The position numbers were made by a program, and so were the translations under genes. A DNA stretch of 51,561 nt from Snowella sp. (GTDB lineage: Bacteria; Cyanobacteriota; Cyanobacteriia; Cyanobacteriales; Microcystaceae), in NCBI GenBank assembly GCA_035285545.1, contig JAYKGY010000018.1, positions 1 through 51,561 on the forward strand, given 5' to 3'. Positions 10,263 to 20,598 of this stretch are shown piece after piece. Positions within the stretch are counted from its first letter, which is position 1. Every line of letters starts with the position of its first letter. The notes under the pieces are model-generated. The model saw only the letters and a program-made list of their open reading frames with translations. It was not told the origin of the DNA and did not search any database.

Positions 10263-10502
10263 TTAGTCTGCATCCTTCGTCATTTTTGGAAAAGAAAAGG
10301 GCTTAGGGTTCTCTAAAATTTTAAAGAGCGATCGCGCTAGCCCCTGTTGGATGCGCTTGGGGGAAGCCTTAAACACAGCAACCGTATGATTTCGCAAAGA
10401 AGAACTCGTAATCGAGAAGTTACGGGAGTAAACCCCCAAACTGATGGTAAATAAAAATAATGTGGTTAATAACCCGACTCGTTTCATCCCCAAAATCCTC
10501 AC
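10263..10502 (-). CDS. Possible small hypothetical protein with a hydrophobic N-terminus
   Basis: ORF fills the gap, has a signal-like N-terminus and contains a HIP1 site. No family recognised. Confidence 0.3.
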   Translation of the reverse strand: MRILGMKRVGLLTTLFLFTISLGVYSRNFSITSSSLRNHTVAVFKASPKRIQQGLARSLFKILENPKPFSFPKMTKDAD

Positions 10503-10608
10503 CGATCCACCTTTTGTAGTCTATACTAACAACAGATTTCGCAACCTTAAGATATTATGGATTCCTTAAGACATCAAAATTTTTATTAATGCTGGTATTG
10601 ATTAAGTT

Positions 10609-11400
10609 ATGAGTCAATCGAGTAATGACATCCAAGCGATAGAAACCTCTACATTACTCACCTGCTATGGGTTTGATCTCAGAGGATTTACCCCCTTAGG
10701 GCTAATTAATGATTGGCTCAAGACCTATCCTCTCCAGTGGATTCGGTGGGCAGTCGTAGAGGCACTGTATCAAGGTCGATATAAGGCGATATCCGTTGAA
10801 CAGTTGCTAAATTTTTGGTTACGTCGGGGACAACCGAGTTTCCATTTTAATAGTGAGTTTGAGCGACTAATTTCTCATAATTTACCGAAAAACTATTCAG
10901 CCAATCTATTCACTAATCATCCAGACGACCAGCGATCGCTATTGGTTCCCCCAACCATGACAGCTCCCCATTTTCCTCCTCCACCGAGTTTATTAGAGCC
11001 AATTCTCAATAAGCCCTTGATTCAACTGCCAGACCCCCTAGAGCCGGATCTTTGGGAAGAAGAAGATCTCAAGGACGAACAGAATGAGATAATAGTGACC
11101 GAAGAAACCGCAGCGATCGCGGATCTACCGGCAGAAATCCCCTTAAGCCCTAGTGATGACGCTCTAGAAGGACACGATCCCCCACTGGTTGAACTTAACA
11201 CCCAAGAAACCGTACAGAATCACCCAACGAAGTTAGAACCTGAAACGGTCAATGAAGTGACTCATGACGTTACAAAGGAAACAGGAACTCGTTCTTCCTC
11301 CCGTTCCATCCATCGATTTATGCCCGTCTTGGATGAGTCGGACTTATTCGGCAAATTGAGAACCGTTGTCCACCGAGAATTAACCGATAGTTTGACCTAA
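10609..11400 (+). CDS. ftn6: Probable cyanobacterial cell-division protein Ftn6 (N-terminal DnaD-like domain, disordered tail)
   Basis: Conserved N-terminus YGFDL...WIRWAVVEALYQGRYKAISVEQLL..W..RGQP..HF..EFERL, recognised from memory, followed by a low-complexity acidic/Pro-rich C-terminus. Confidence 0.6.
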   Translation: MSQSSNDIQAIETSTLLTCYGFDLRGFTPLGLINDWLKTYPLQWIRWAVVEALYQGRYKAISVEQLLNFWLRRGQPSFHFNSEFERLISHNLPKNYSANLFTNHPDDQRSLLVPPTMTAPHFPPPPSLLEPILNKPLIQLPDPLEPDLWEEEDLKDEQNEIIVTEETAAIADLPAEIPLSPSDDALEGHDPPLVELNTQETVQNHPTKLEPETVNEVTHDVTKETGTRSSSRSIHRFMPVLDESDLFGKLRTVVHRELTDSLT

Positions 11401-11424
11401 CGGAATTAAACGCCTGTGGGTCTG

Positions 11425-12366
11425 TTAATTAACCTTGCGACGGGGGATTTCGTAGGTTAAAAAATCATGGGCCAGGATCGTTTGTGGAAAAATGGCTTTG
11501 GCTTCTGCGAGGAGGTCATCGAGTTGTAAGGCGTTGCCAGGCGCGTAACGGGGGCTAAAGTGGGTCATAATTAACTGCCGAGCTTGGGCAGCTAGGGCGA
11601 CCTGGGCGGCCATGGTAGTGGTGGAATGTAAGCGATCAAAGGCCAGTTGGGCATCCTGGTGGGCAAAGGTGGCTTCATGAATGACCACATCCACCTCCTG
11701 GGCGAGGGTAATGGCGGATTCACAAAACACCGTATCGGTGCAATAGGCCAGTTTTCGTCCAGGTTCATCGGGTTCACACAAATCTGTTCCGCGAATGCGT
11801 TTGCCGTTGGGTAGGGTTACGGTTTCTCCCCGTTTCAGTTGTCCATAAATCGGGCCGGAAGGAATTCCTAACGCGATCGCCTTTTCCACATTAAAGCGGC
11901 CTGCGCGGTCTTTTTCTTCGATCCGATAACCGTAGGCGGGAACCCGATGTTTTAACAATTCACAATAAACTTTAAATTCGGCATCTTCATAAACCAAGCC
12001 GGATTCTTGAATGGTGTGGACTTTGACCCCAGGGGAAAGATGGGTGTAGGAATATTTCGCGCAAGCTTTGAGGTAATCGGCGAGTCCGGGTGGCCCGTAA
12101 ATATCCACATCTTGCCCTGATCCTGCTAATCCACAACTGGCAAGTAATCCCATGAGGCCAAAAATATGATCGCCGTGGAGGTGGGTAATAAAAATACGGG
12201 TCAGTTGGGACGTTCTAATGTCACTCCGCAAAATTTGATGTTGGGTGCCTTCTCCACAATCAAACAACCAGACTTCGGCCCGTTGAGGCAGTTTGAGCGC
12301 TACGCTGGATACATTTCGCGATCGCGTCGGTACCCCAGAACTCGTCCCTAAAAAAGTAATCTCCAC
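11425..12366 (-). CDS. rnz: Ribonuclease Z
   Basis: FLGTSSGVPT, DCGEGTQ, THLHGDH, exosite GPIYGQLK, HEAT, HST, THFSPRY. Confidence 0.96.
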   Translation of the reverse strand: MEITFLGTSSGVPTRSRNVSSVALKLPQRAEVWLFDCGEGTQHQILRSDIRTSQLTRIFITHLHGDHIFGLMGLLASCGLAGSGQDVDIYGPPGLADYLKACAKYSYTHLSPGVKVHTIQESGLVYEDAEFKVYCELLKHRVPAYGYRIEEKDRAGRFNVEKAIALGIPSGPIYGQLKRGETVTLPNGKRIRGTDLCEPDEPGRKLAYCTDTVFCESAITLAQEVDVVIHEATFAHQDAQLAFDRLHSTTTMAAQVALAAQARQLIMTHFSPRYAPGNALQLDDLLAEAKAIFPQTILAHDFLTYEIPRRKVN

Positions 12367-12532
12367 AATGCTTGAATTTTGCTGAATTTCGGTTTAGTTT
12401 ACGGTTTTGTTGTGGCCGTTCCTCCTATTGTAACGTGAATGTCCTGCGGATTTCGTCCCCTAGCCGAACTCATCAGATCCAATTAAAATCGTTGATAGAC
12501 TGTCGATACTCCTTTCTCTGCTTTTACCCTTT

Positions 12533-14893
12533 ATGGCGAATACTGTCTCCCGCAAATCCCGTTGGTTGGATCAGATTCAAGAACGCATTGACTCTATCCC
12601 CCAAGCCAAAACGGAAGAATCGATTATTTTTCGGATTCTCGTCCAAGCTTTAGTTATTGTCGGCATTATCGCCACGGATATTGCGGCTCAGACGGAGTGG
12701 AGTATTTGGGCAGTTCCCCTCAGCATTGTGGGGGCGATTTTTAGTTGGTATCGTCGCAAGGAACGGAATATTGCCCTGAAGTTTGCCCTCGCCATCGGGA
12801 TGTTGGGGGTTTTATTTATTTTCCTCAGTAATTTGGTGGTTAATTTAAATGATAGTCGCATTGCTTTAGCGGGATTATTGGTACAGTTGCAGGTTCTCCA
12901 TAGTTTCGATTTACCTCGTCGTAAAGATTTGGGCTATTCGATGGTTATTGGTTTAATCCTGTTGGGGGTTGCAGGTACGGTGTCCCAAACCATGATTTTT
13001 GCAGTCTGGTTATTTCTGTTTTTAGCGATCGCCTTACCCACCTTGGCCTTAGATTATCGCTCTCGTTTAGGTTTGGAAAGTATTGATCAACAATTAGCTT
13101 GGTTTTCCCACCAAGCCCAAAAAGTAGGAAAATCCGTTAAGTCTCAATCTGTTTATAAAGCGGTATATCCGAAACGTTTAGCCGTAATTTTAGGCATTAC
13201 CCTCGCCTTAGGATTGGTGATCTTTGCTATTATGCCCCGCTTTCCCAGCTATCAATTGCAGACTTTTCCCGTGAGTAGTCCAACCGATCTGCAAAATAAG
13301 GAATTTGATGAAAATAATCAGAATGTGAGTAATCCTGGTTACGTTAAAGAGGGGGAAGAAAGCACGGAAGGTCAAGGCGGACGGGGAAATAGCCCGCTCA
13401 AAGGGGCAGGCGAGATGGATGATACCTTTTATTACGGTTTTAACAGCAGAATTAATCAAAATTTACGGGGAGGAATGAAACAACGCTTGGTGTTGCGGAT
13501 TCGTTCCCAAGCCCCAGGGTTTTGGCGTGCTTTATCCTTTGATCGCTATACAGGCCAAGGGTGGGAAATTACAGGGGATCAAAATATTTCCAAAATTCGG
13601 CGATCGCCCTGGTCGTATCGTTTCGACCTTCCCCTGGATACGGGTTTTGCTAAGACTAAACGCATTATTCAAACCTATACGGCGGTTACTGAGCTTCCCA
13701 ATGTTATTCCGAACTTAGCCTCTCCAAAGTCCATTTATTTTCCCACCAGGGAAATCGGTTTAGATCAAAATGGCATTCTGCGATCGCCGGTGGGATTACT
13801 CGAAGGTTTGACCTATACGGTGATTTCGGAAGTGCCCTATCGCGATCGAAGTGTGTTGCGCCAAGCTCCCTATGAATATAGTAAGGCGATTAAACAACGG
13901 TATTTACAGATTCCGCCTGAAATTAACGAAAAAGTCCGCCAAAAAACCCTTGAATTGCTATCCAAAGCTCCTCAGCCTATCAATTCAGTCTATGAAGCGG
14001 CGTTATTTTTAACCCAAGCTTTAAAGCAAAATTACACGATTCAAACCGATTTGCCCTATTTTGGCCCCGATGAAGATCTCGTCGAAGCTTTTTTATTTAA
14101 ATACGGGGGAGGTTATCCCGATCATTTTTCGACGGTATTAACGGTAATGTTGCGATCCATAGGCATTCCTGCCCGTTTAACCGCAGGGTTTGCACCAGGC
14201 CAATTTAATCCCTTTACCGGATATTATCTGGTTCACAATACGGATGCCTATGTTCTAACCGAAGTCTATTTTCCCTATTTTGGGTGGTTTGCCTTTGATC
14301 CCATTCCTGGCCATGAATTATTTCCACCGTCATTCGAGGATGAGGAAACCTTTAGTGTTCTCAAACAAATTTGGAATTGGGTCGCGGGTTGGTTACCGTC
14401 CCCTGTTACCAATTTCATCAGTCTTTTTTGGACAAATGTGATTCAATCTCTCATCGGCTTTTTAGGCTGGTTGTGGCGTTTCGTATCGGGTAGTTTGTTA
14501 GGAGCAATTTTAGGCTTAATTGGCGCGATCTCGGTGGGATTTATGGGATGGCTCGGTTGGGAACAAGCTCGAAATTGGCTATATCGTCGTCGATTGGCTA
14601 AGTTGCCTCCGATGTCACGGCTTTATCAACAGTTATTAAAATTACTCAGAGCACAGGGCTATCCCAAGGATTTTGCCCAAACCCCGAAAGAATACGTGGA
14701 ATCATTGCGAGATCAGCTATCTGCCGAAAGACTAGAAATTATTGAGGAGATTTCTTTAGCCTATGGGAACTGGCGTTACGGTGAACAACCGGCCAATATT
14801 GAATATTTAGAACAACGTTTAAAAGCCTTAATTCGCAGCATGGAACGGGAAAAATCTTTTCAGTTTTTAAGCAAATCTTCTTCAAGACCTTAA
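12533..14893 (+). CDS. TgpA-like membrane protein (DUF3488, transglutaminase-like core, DUF4129)
   Basis: N-terminal multi-TM region, FDRYTGQGW, core GGYPDHFSTVL...GIPARL..GF, EVYFP..GW..FDP and a C-terminal TPKEY. Confidence 0.85.
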   Translation: MANTVSRKSRWLDQIQERIDSIPQAKTEESIIFRILVQALVIVGIIATDIAAQTEWSIWAVPLSIVGAIFSWYRRKERNIALKFALAIGMLGVLFIFLSNLVVNLNDSRIALAGLLVQLQVLHSFDLPRRKDLGYSMVIGLILLGVAGTVSQTMIFAVWLFLFLAIALPTLALDYRSRLGLESIDQQLAWFSHQAQKVGKSVKSQSVYKAVYPKRLAVILGITLALGLVIFAIMPRFPSYQLQTFPVSSPTDLQNKEFDENNQNVSNPGYVKEGEESTEGQGGRGNSPLKGAGEMDDTFYYGFNSRINQNLRGGMKQRLVLRIRSQAPGFWRALSFDRYTGQGWEITGDQNISKIRRSPWSYRFDLPLDTGFAKTKRIIQTYTAVTELPNVIPNLASPKSIYFPTREIGLDQNGILRSPVGLLEGLTYTVISEVPYRDRSVLRQAPYEYSKAIKQRYLQIPPEINEKVRQKTLELLSKAPQPINSVYEAALFLTQALKQNYTIQTDLPYFGPDEDLVEAFLFKYGGGYPDHFSTVLTVMLRSIGIPARLTAGFAPGQFNPFTGYYLVHNTDAYVLTEVYFPYFGWFAFDPIPGHELFPPSFEDEETFSVLKQIWNWVAGWLPSPVTNFISLFWTNVIQSLIGFLGWLWRFVSGSLLGAILGLIGAISVGFMGWLGWEQARNWLYRRRLAKLPPMSRLYQQLLKLLRAQGYPKDFAQTPKEYVESLRDQLSAERLEIIEEISLAYGNWRYGEQPANIEYLEQRLKALIRSMEREKSFQFLSKSSSRP

Positions 14894-15004
14894 AGCATCT
14901 CCAACATTTAACTTAATGTCTTTAAACAAGATACTTCAGTTCGATGATTAACTATCTAAATTGATGTGAGATCTAGCGTAAAATATGCAACTTTTGCTTA
15001 AAAC

Positions 15005-15400
15005 TTAAACTGATTTACTCCGCAATTCGTCTTCCAGCAACGATAGGAGTTGCAAAATATTGATTGATTCAGAAGTGTGGACATTATCTTCTGAACCAAT
15101 ATGAACGTGATGGGGAAAATTTGGCAAATTTGGAAAATGATTGACGTTATCCCAGCGTTTACGTAACTCCTTTTGACTTTGATCCATCCATTGATACCGA
15201 TAACGTACTGTTTTACAAACATTATTGGTAATAACAAAATACTCGGCAACTTCAAGAAAATCTCCATTGATTAGGATCAATCTAGCTCGTAAGTAACCCC
15301 GTTCTTCTATATTCTGCTCTTCTAAAATAGAAAAGGAAATAATAATTGAGCTAGTAACCAATTTTGTTTTAATTTGATTTAAATATAGCTGGGCTTCCAC
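15005..15400 (-). CDS. DUF6516/TumE-like putative toxin
   Basis: YRYQW...RWDNVNHFPNLPNFPHHVH motif, directly downstream of a small acidic partner gene. Confidence 0.7.
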   Translation of the reverse strand: MEAQLYLNQIKTKLVTSSIIISFSILEEQNIEERGYLRARLILINGDFLEVAEYFVITNNVCKTVRYRYQWMDQSQKELRKRWDNVNHFPNLPNFPHHVHIGSEDNVHTSESINILQLLSLLEDELRSKSV

Positions 15401-15407
15401 TTAATTG

Positions 15408-15728
15408 TTAATTATTTAATGACTGTAAGACCAATAATCGAGATTGAGCGGCTTGATACATATCATAAAAAGAACTCCATTCAAAAAAATCCATACTATC
15501 TCCTAATTGTCCTGCGATAAATTGTTGATAAAATTGCTCAGAAGATAACTGATATTTTTGTTCGTAGGCTTGAAGCTTAATGATGAATTCTTGAATTTTT
15601 TTAAAAGTGTTTTCTTGCTCTAATTCAATAATTTTATTCAGCGATTGTTCAAGTAAATGACTTTGATAACCCTGTTTATAAAGCTCAGTAAGAACTTGTA
15701 ATTTATCTATAATAGAAGTAGTTGCCAT
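15408..15728 (-). CDS. Putative antitoxin (TumA-like) paired with the DUF6516 gene
   Basis: YEQKYQLSSEQFYQQF..GQLGDSMDFFEW motif; 7-bp gap to the downstream gene. Confidence 0.65.
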   Translation of the reverse strand: MATTSIIDKLQVLTELYKQGYQSHLLEQSLNKIIELEQENTFKKIQEFIIKLQAYEQKYQLSSEQFYQQFIAGQLGDSMDFFEWSSFYDMYQAAQSRLLVLQSLNN

Positions 15729-15886
15729 AGCATTTTCTATTTACTACTAGATTGGTTAACTAACACTCGATTCTAACTATCATAACTTTACTTTATCGCT
15801 TTAAGTTTAAATGATTGCCTAATCCTTACAAAGGATTTCTACGGGTAACGCCATTGCTGCTTCTTGGGTAAGGAACTCGAAAAAGT

Positions 15887-16822
15887 TTAGCAACGAGTTA
15901 GCCCCAAAACTTGGTTCTTTTGTAAACAATAATATTGCCAAACCTGGTCTAATAAATCGGGGGCATTGGCATCAAACCAGTGAATTTCAGGATAGGCTCG
16001 AAACCAAGTGCGTTGGCGTTTGGCAAATTGTCGGGTGTGTAAAATAATCTCGGCGATCGCGTCATCTAAGCGGCAATCCTGTTGTAAATAAGCCTTAATT
16101 TCGGCGTACCCTAGCGTGTTTAATAAGGGTAATTCCCCACCATATTTTTCAATTAACGAGGAAACTTCGCTAACTAAACCCTGTTCGATCATTTGGTGAG
16201 TCCGTTGTTCAATGCGTTGTGCCAGAACGATCGCGTCCCCTCCTAAGCCAATTTGTACAATGGGATAACTGGGCGGATCTTCTCCCTGTTGTTGGGAAAT
16301 GGGACGACCCGTAACATAAAACACTTCTAAAGCGCGTAGGGTTCTGAACTCATCGTTGCTATGGATTTTTTGGGCTGCGATCGGATCAATTTGACATAGA
16401 AGTTGGTAACAGTGATGTTGCCCCAAGGTTTGTAATTGGTCTCGTAAAGCAGGGTGGGGAGAAACACGGGGAATTTTTAACCCCTTAACAACGGATTTGA
16501 TATACAGTCCCGTACCGCCCACAAGAAGTAAGGGAGCGGGGAGTTGGGCAATTAATAACCGAGCTTTTTCCTGATAGTCAGCTAGGGTTAAAGTCTCCGT
16601 TGGGTCACAAATATCTAGTAAATGATGGGGAACTAACGCTTGTTCGGCTAAGGTCGGTTTGGCTGTCCCAATGTCAAACTCTCGATAAATTTGACGAGAA
16701 TCGGCACTGAGAATTTGGCCCTCTAAACGTTGCGCTAATTGTAGAGCTAAACCGGATTTTCCACTTGCCGTTGCTCCACAAATCACGATTACAGGAGGAT
16801 AGTGGGGGGCATTATTCGGCAT
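15887..16822 (-). CDS. miaA: tRNA dimethylallyltransferase
   Basis: GATASGKS P-loop, SADSRQIY, IGTAKP, GGTGLY, AKRQRTWF. Confidence 0.96.
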   Translation of the reverse strand: MPNNAPHYPPVIVICGATASGKSGLALQLAQRLEGQILSADSRQIYREFDIGTAKPTLAEQALVPHHLLDICDPTETLTLADYQEKARLLIAQLPAPLLLVGGTGLYIKSVVKGLKIPRVSPHPALRDQLQTLGQHHCYQLLCQIDPIAAQKIHSNDEFRTLRALEVFYVTGRPISQQQGEDPPSYPIVQIGLGGDAIVLAQRIEQRTHQMIEQGLVSEVSSLIEKYGGELPLLNTLGYAEIKAYLQQDCRLDDAIAEIILHTRQFAKRQRTWFRAYPEIHWFDANAPDLLDQVWQYYCLQKNQVLGLTRC

Positions 16823-18488
16823 TCGGTGTGGTTGGAACGGTTGACTCTGGTTCTAATGATTCATTTTTAATCAACGTCGCTTGAGTCGGATCGTCCTCTT
16901 CGTCTGCTGTTAGGGTTGCTCCTGCTTCAGCTTGATGTTGACTTTCTTGCTGTTCTGACGATTGGGGACTACTGACTTCAGGGGCAGATTCTGCTTCGGC
17001 AATCTCGTAGGGATTGATTAACCGATTAACGGAATCCAGGGTAAATCCTGAATAGGCTTCAACACCGTGTTCACTGAGGTCTAAACCGTTAATTTCTCCC
17101 TCAATTCCGACCCGTAAGCCTAAAATTCCTTTTAAGAGTAGCCAAATCATGCCACTAAAGAGAATCATAAACACACCCACTGCGGCGATCCCGATGAGTT
17201 GATTTAACAGCAAGAGATATTGACCCCGAATCAGTCCTGCGTTTCTATCAAAAATACCGATCGCGAGGGTGCCCCATAGTCCCCCAATTAGGTGTGTGGA
17301 TAACACGCCCACCGGATCATCAATGCGGACTTGATCAAACCATTGGATAAAGAGAACCGCCAATAATCCCGCGATCGCGCCAATAATTATTCCTGAACCA
17401 ATGGAAATGGTATTACAACTGCCTGAAACCGCCACTAATCCCGCAATTATTCCCCGCAAAATTAGCGTTAAATCGGCTTTTTTAACCAATAACCAGGCTG
17501 CCAAAAGAGCCGTAAAACCCGCAGCAACAGCAGCAAATAAGGTCACCAAAATAATCGAAGGAACTTGGGGAGTTAGCGCAAAGACTGAGCCACCTGTAAT
17601 TCCTAGCCAACCGAACCCCATCATCAACCCGCCCAAGGTTGCCCAACTCATGCTGTGACCAGGGAGTTTATGGGTGCGTTTTTTTTCGTATTTCCCCATC
17701 CGTGGGCCTAAAATGGCTAATCCTGAAAAGGCGGCCCAGCCCCCCACCGAATGAATGACCGTTGAACCGGCAAAGTCCTTAAATCCCAAATTGCTGAGCC
17801 AACCGCCGCCCCAAATCCAATGACCCACGAGAGGATAGGCAATACCGACTAACAACACAGTGAAAATTAAAAAATCCAGAAATTTTACCCGTTCCGCGAT
17901 CGCGCCTGCCACAATCATGGCGGTAATTCCCGCTAAGGCACTGTGAAACAGGAAAAAGACTGCTAGGGGAATGCCATCAGGAAAGGGTTTTAAGCCGTAC
18001 ATTGCAGGTGTGCTAGCACCGAGAAACCAATCCCCTGAACCAATAATGGGATTGCCCTGGGTTCCAAATAGAAAGGCAAAGCCAAATATCCAAAAGATAA
18101 AAAGCGTCAGGATAAAAATGACTAAATTAGTCGTCAAAGCATTGACAACATTCTTATAACGGCTAAATCCCGCTATCCAAAAGCCAAAGCCGCCATAGGC
18201 AGTCATGACGAGCAAACTTGCTAGGAGCATCCAAAGGGTATTCACTAAACCTGACAGGATTTCCAGAGAAGGGTTACCAGGTTCCGCGATCGCGTTAGTG
18301 ACCGAATTCGTTACTTGGGCGGAAACGAAAGAATGACTGAAAAGAACCAACAGCGCAGTCAGAGAAATTGTCGCCCCCCATCCCCAAGATTTTTTGGAGA
18401 AGGTTGAAACCCAACTCAAAGGAGAATTAACTTTTATCTGAGTCAGGGATTGGCAAAATTGATCAACAGTTCGGGCGGGTTTAGTCAT
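16812..18488 (-). CDS. amt: Ammonium transporter family protein with atypical pore residues
   Basis: About 11 TM segments, DFAGSTVIH, GPRMGKY, DDPVG..STH, EINGLDLSEHG, and an acidic C-terminal tail. Confidence 0.9.
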   Translation of the reverse strand: MTKPARTVDQFCQSLTQIKVNSPLSWVSTFSKKSWGWGATISLTALLVLFSHSFVSAQVTNSVTNAIAEPGNPSLEILSGLVNTLWMLLASLLVMTAYGGFGFWIAGFSRYKNVVNALTTNLVIFILTLFIFWIFGFAFLFGTQGNPIIGSGDWFLGASTPAMYGLKPFPDGIPLAVFFLFHSALAGITAMIVAGAIAERVKFLDFLIFTVLLVGIAYPLVGHWIWGGGWLSNLGFKDFAGSTVIHSVGGWAAFSGLAILGPRMGKYEKKRTHKLPGHSMSWATLGGLMMGFGWLGITGGSVFALTPQVPSIILVTLFAAVAAGFTALLAAWLLVKKADLTLILRGIIAGLVAVSGSCNTISIGSGIIIGAIAGLLAVLFIQWFDQVRIDDPVGVLSTHLIGGLWGTLAIGIFDRNAGLIRGQYLLLLNQLIGIAAVGVFMILFSGMIWLLLKGILGLRVGIEGEINGLDLSEHGVEAYSGFTLDSVNRLINPYEIAEAESAPEVSSPQSSEQQESQHQAEAGATLTADEEDDPTQATLIKNESLEPESTVPTTPNAE

Positions 18489-18562
18489 TATTCTGGGGTC
18501 GATACATCTAGGCTTTAGTAGTAAGCCTCAAATGATTATATGACAAGCGTGAAAACCCTAAC

Positions 18563-18590
18563 CAAAACCGCCATCAAAGAAATTGGCGAT
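18563..18590 (-). terminator. Probable miaB terminator
   Basis: Minus-strand stem ATCGCCA / TGGCGGT followed by TTTG, about 30 nt after the miaB stop. Confidence 0.45.
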
Positions 18591-18617
18591 AATGCTTTAA
18601 ATTTTTCACGTTTATCG

Positions 18618-19961
18618 TTAATTCACCCGTTCGCCGGTTAAGCTAAATGCCCGCACCTCTGTAATTTTGACCTTAACCAATTTACCTTTAAGTTCTTCAA
18701 TATCGCCAGGGAAAAAGGTTAAACGATTGCCCCTGGTGCGTCCCATGACTTGGGTTGGATCTTTGCTATTTTGATCTTCAACTAAGATTTCTTCAACTCG
18801 CCCTAAGTAGCGTTGGGATCTTTCCATCGCCTTGATCGACACTAAATGATTTAACCGTTGCAAGCGATCGCTTTTGACTTCTTCACTGAGTTGATTGTCC
18901 CAAAAAGCCGCAGGGGTACCAGGGCGGGGAGAATAGGCAGCCGTATTCAGTAAATCAAAGCCAATTTCATCCACTAGCTTTAAAGTATTCTCAAACTGTT
19001 CTTCTGTTTCGCCAGGAAAACCAACAATCACATCGGCACTAATGGACGCATCAGGCATATACTCCCGAATTTTTTCAATAATTTGGCGATATTTTTGAAT
19101 TGTATAACCCCGCTTCATCGCCTTCAAAATCTCATTATCTCCCGATTGAAAGGGAATATGGAAATGCTCACACACCTTGGGTAATTCATGACAAGCCTTA
19201 ATCAACCGTTCCGTGAAATAACGGGGATGACTCGTCGCAAACCGTAATCGTTCAATACCTTCCACATCATGGACATAATGGAGTAAATCCGTCAGGGTGT
19301 GCAGATGGCGACCTGTTGCAGTTGATCCTTCCAAATCGCGACCATAGGCATCAATATTTTGCCCCAGTAGGGTAACTTCTTTGTAACCCTGTTGGCCTAA
19401 CTGTTCCATTTCTGCCCGAATGGCTTCTGGAGTCCGGGACTGTTCTTCTCCCCGCACATTGGGTACCACACAATAGGTACATCGTTCATTGCAACCATAG
19501 ATCACATTCACCCAGCCTGTTATCTGGCTATCACGACGGGGTTTGGTGATGTCTTCCATAATGTGAACGGCTTCAGTCGCTACTACCTGATTTCCCGCAA
19601 AGACCTGTTCTAATAAATCCCCTAAACGGTTCGCGTGTTGTGGGCCCATGACTAAATCCAATTCAGGCACTCGCCGCAATAGTTGTTCACCTTCTTGCTG
19701 AGCGACACATCCCGCCACGATCAAAGTTAAATCGGGTTTTTCCTGCTTACGTTTTGCCTGTCTGCCTAGATAGGAATAAACTTTCTGTTCGGCATTATCC
19801 CGAATGGTGCAAGTGTTGTAGAGAATTAAATCCGCTTCATAGGGATCTTCTGACCACTCCAATCCCATATCGTCGAGAATCCCCGCCATGCGTTCTGAGT
19901 CAGCTTTATTCATCTGACAGCCAAAGGTCGTAATGTGATAGCGGCGTTGGGTAGTGGTCAT
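18618..19961 (-). CDS. miaB: tRNA-i6A37 methylthiotransferase
   Basis: TFGCQMN, NTCTIR, radical-SAM motif [18 protein letters not shown] domain. Confidence 0.97.
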   Translation of the reverse strand: MTTTQRRYHITTFGCQMNKADSERMAGILDDMGLEWSEDPYEADLILYNTCTIRDNAEQKVYSYLGRQAKRKQEKPDLTLIVAGCVAQQEGEQLLRRVPELDLVMGPQHANRLGDLLEQVFAGNQVVATEAVHIMEDITKPRRDSQITGWVNVIYGCNERCTYCVVPNVRGEEQSRTPEAIRAEMEQLGQQGYKEVTLLGQNIDAYGRDLEGSTATGRHLHTLTDLLHYVHDVEGIERLRFATSHPRYFTERLIKACHELPKVCEHFHIPFQSGDNEILKAMKRGYTIQKYRQIIEKIREYMPDASISADVIVGFPGETEEQFENTLKLVDEIGFDLLNTAAYSPRPGTPAAFWDNQLSEEVKSDRLQRLNHLVSIKAMERSQRYLGRVEEILVEDQNSKDPTQVMGRTRGNRLTFFPGDIEELKGKLVKVKITEVRAFSLTGERVN

Positions 19962-20072
19962 AGGTCGTAACAGAAATTCATAGTGCCAATAACATCCAGC
20001 CTTTTATTATAAACCTGTGCTTGGTAATTGACAAAATTTTGCTATTTCAAGGTTTTCTTTAAAAAATATGTT

Positions 20073-20290
20073 TTAAACTGCCTTATAAACAACGGCATGA
20101 TCAATAAATCGATTACTTACTGTCAATAATCCTTTTTTGGAAAATCGATTACTTACTGTCAATAATCCTTTTTTGGAAAGCTGATCAATCGTTTCCTTAA
20201 CTTTGTGAGGATCTGCTCCAGTTGCAATGACACATTCACTAACTGTTGCTCCCTCTGATATTTTTTCTTTCAAGCTTTCTAAGGTTTAAT
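20073..20290 (-). pseudogene. Gene fragment resembling a C-terminal winged-helix domain
   Basis: GATVSECVIATGADP..VKETIDQL...LLTVSNR...AVVYKAV, with an in-frame TAG just upstream and an internal duplication. Confidence 0.45.
20106..20177. repeat. 36-bp direct tandem duplication (2 copies)
   Basis: AAATCGATTACTTACTGTCAATAATCCTTTTTTGGA twice; it encodes SKKGLLTVSNRF twice on the minus strand. Confidence 0.9.
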
Positions 20291-20598
20291 GATTAGCGCG
20301 GGAAACATGGCATGTTTGCAGGCAAGGATTATGGATCAATAGATACGATTTAGAAGATTGTTTGAGACAACAAAAATTTATTGGCAAGATAAAATAGCAC
20401 CTCGCCTTAGCCAGAAACAATGCTCTATTGCCCCTGATATCTAAGCTTTCGCGAACTCAAGTTTTTTTCTTCAGCTAATCCCAGCCCCAAGTTAAATTCC
20501 GTCAATGACAGGTTTCTATCAGTCCACCCATCACACAAGGGCATAGATCGGCGTAGCAATTACTTTGCCGACAAGAGCTAATCTTTAATTTAATTCAA

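Noticed and set aside
18489..18617. NtcA box upstream of amt
   Set aside because: No GTA-N8-TAC is present.
20106..20177. Mini-CRISPR (36-bp repeat)
   Set aside because: The two copies are directly adjacent with no spacer; this is an in-frame tandem duplication.
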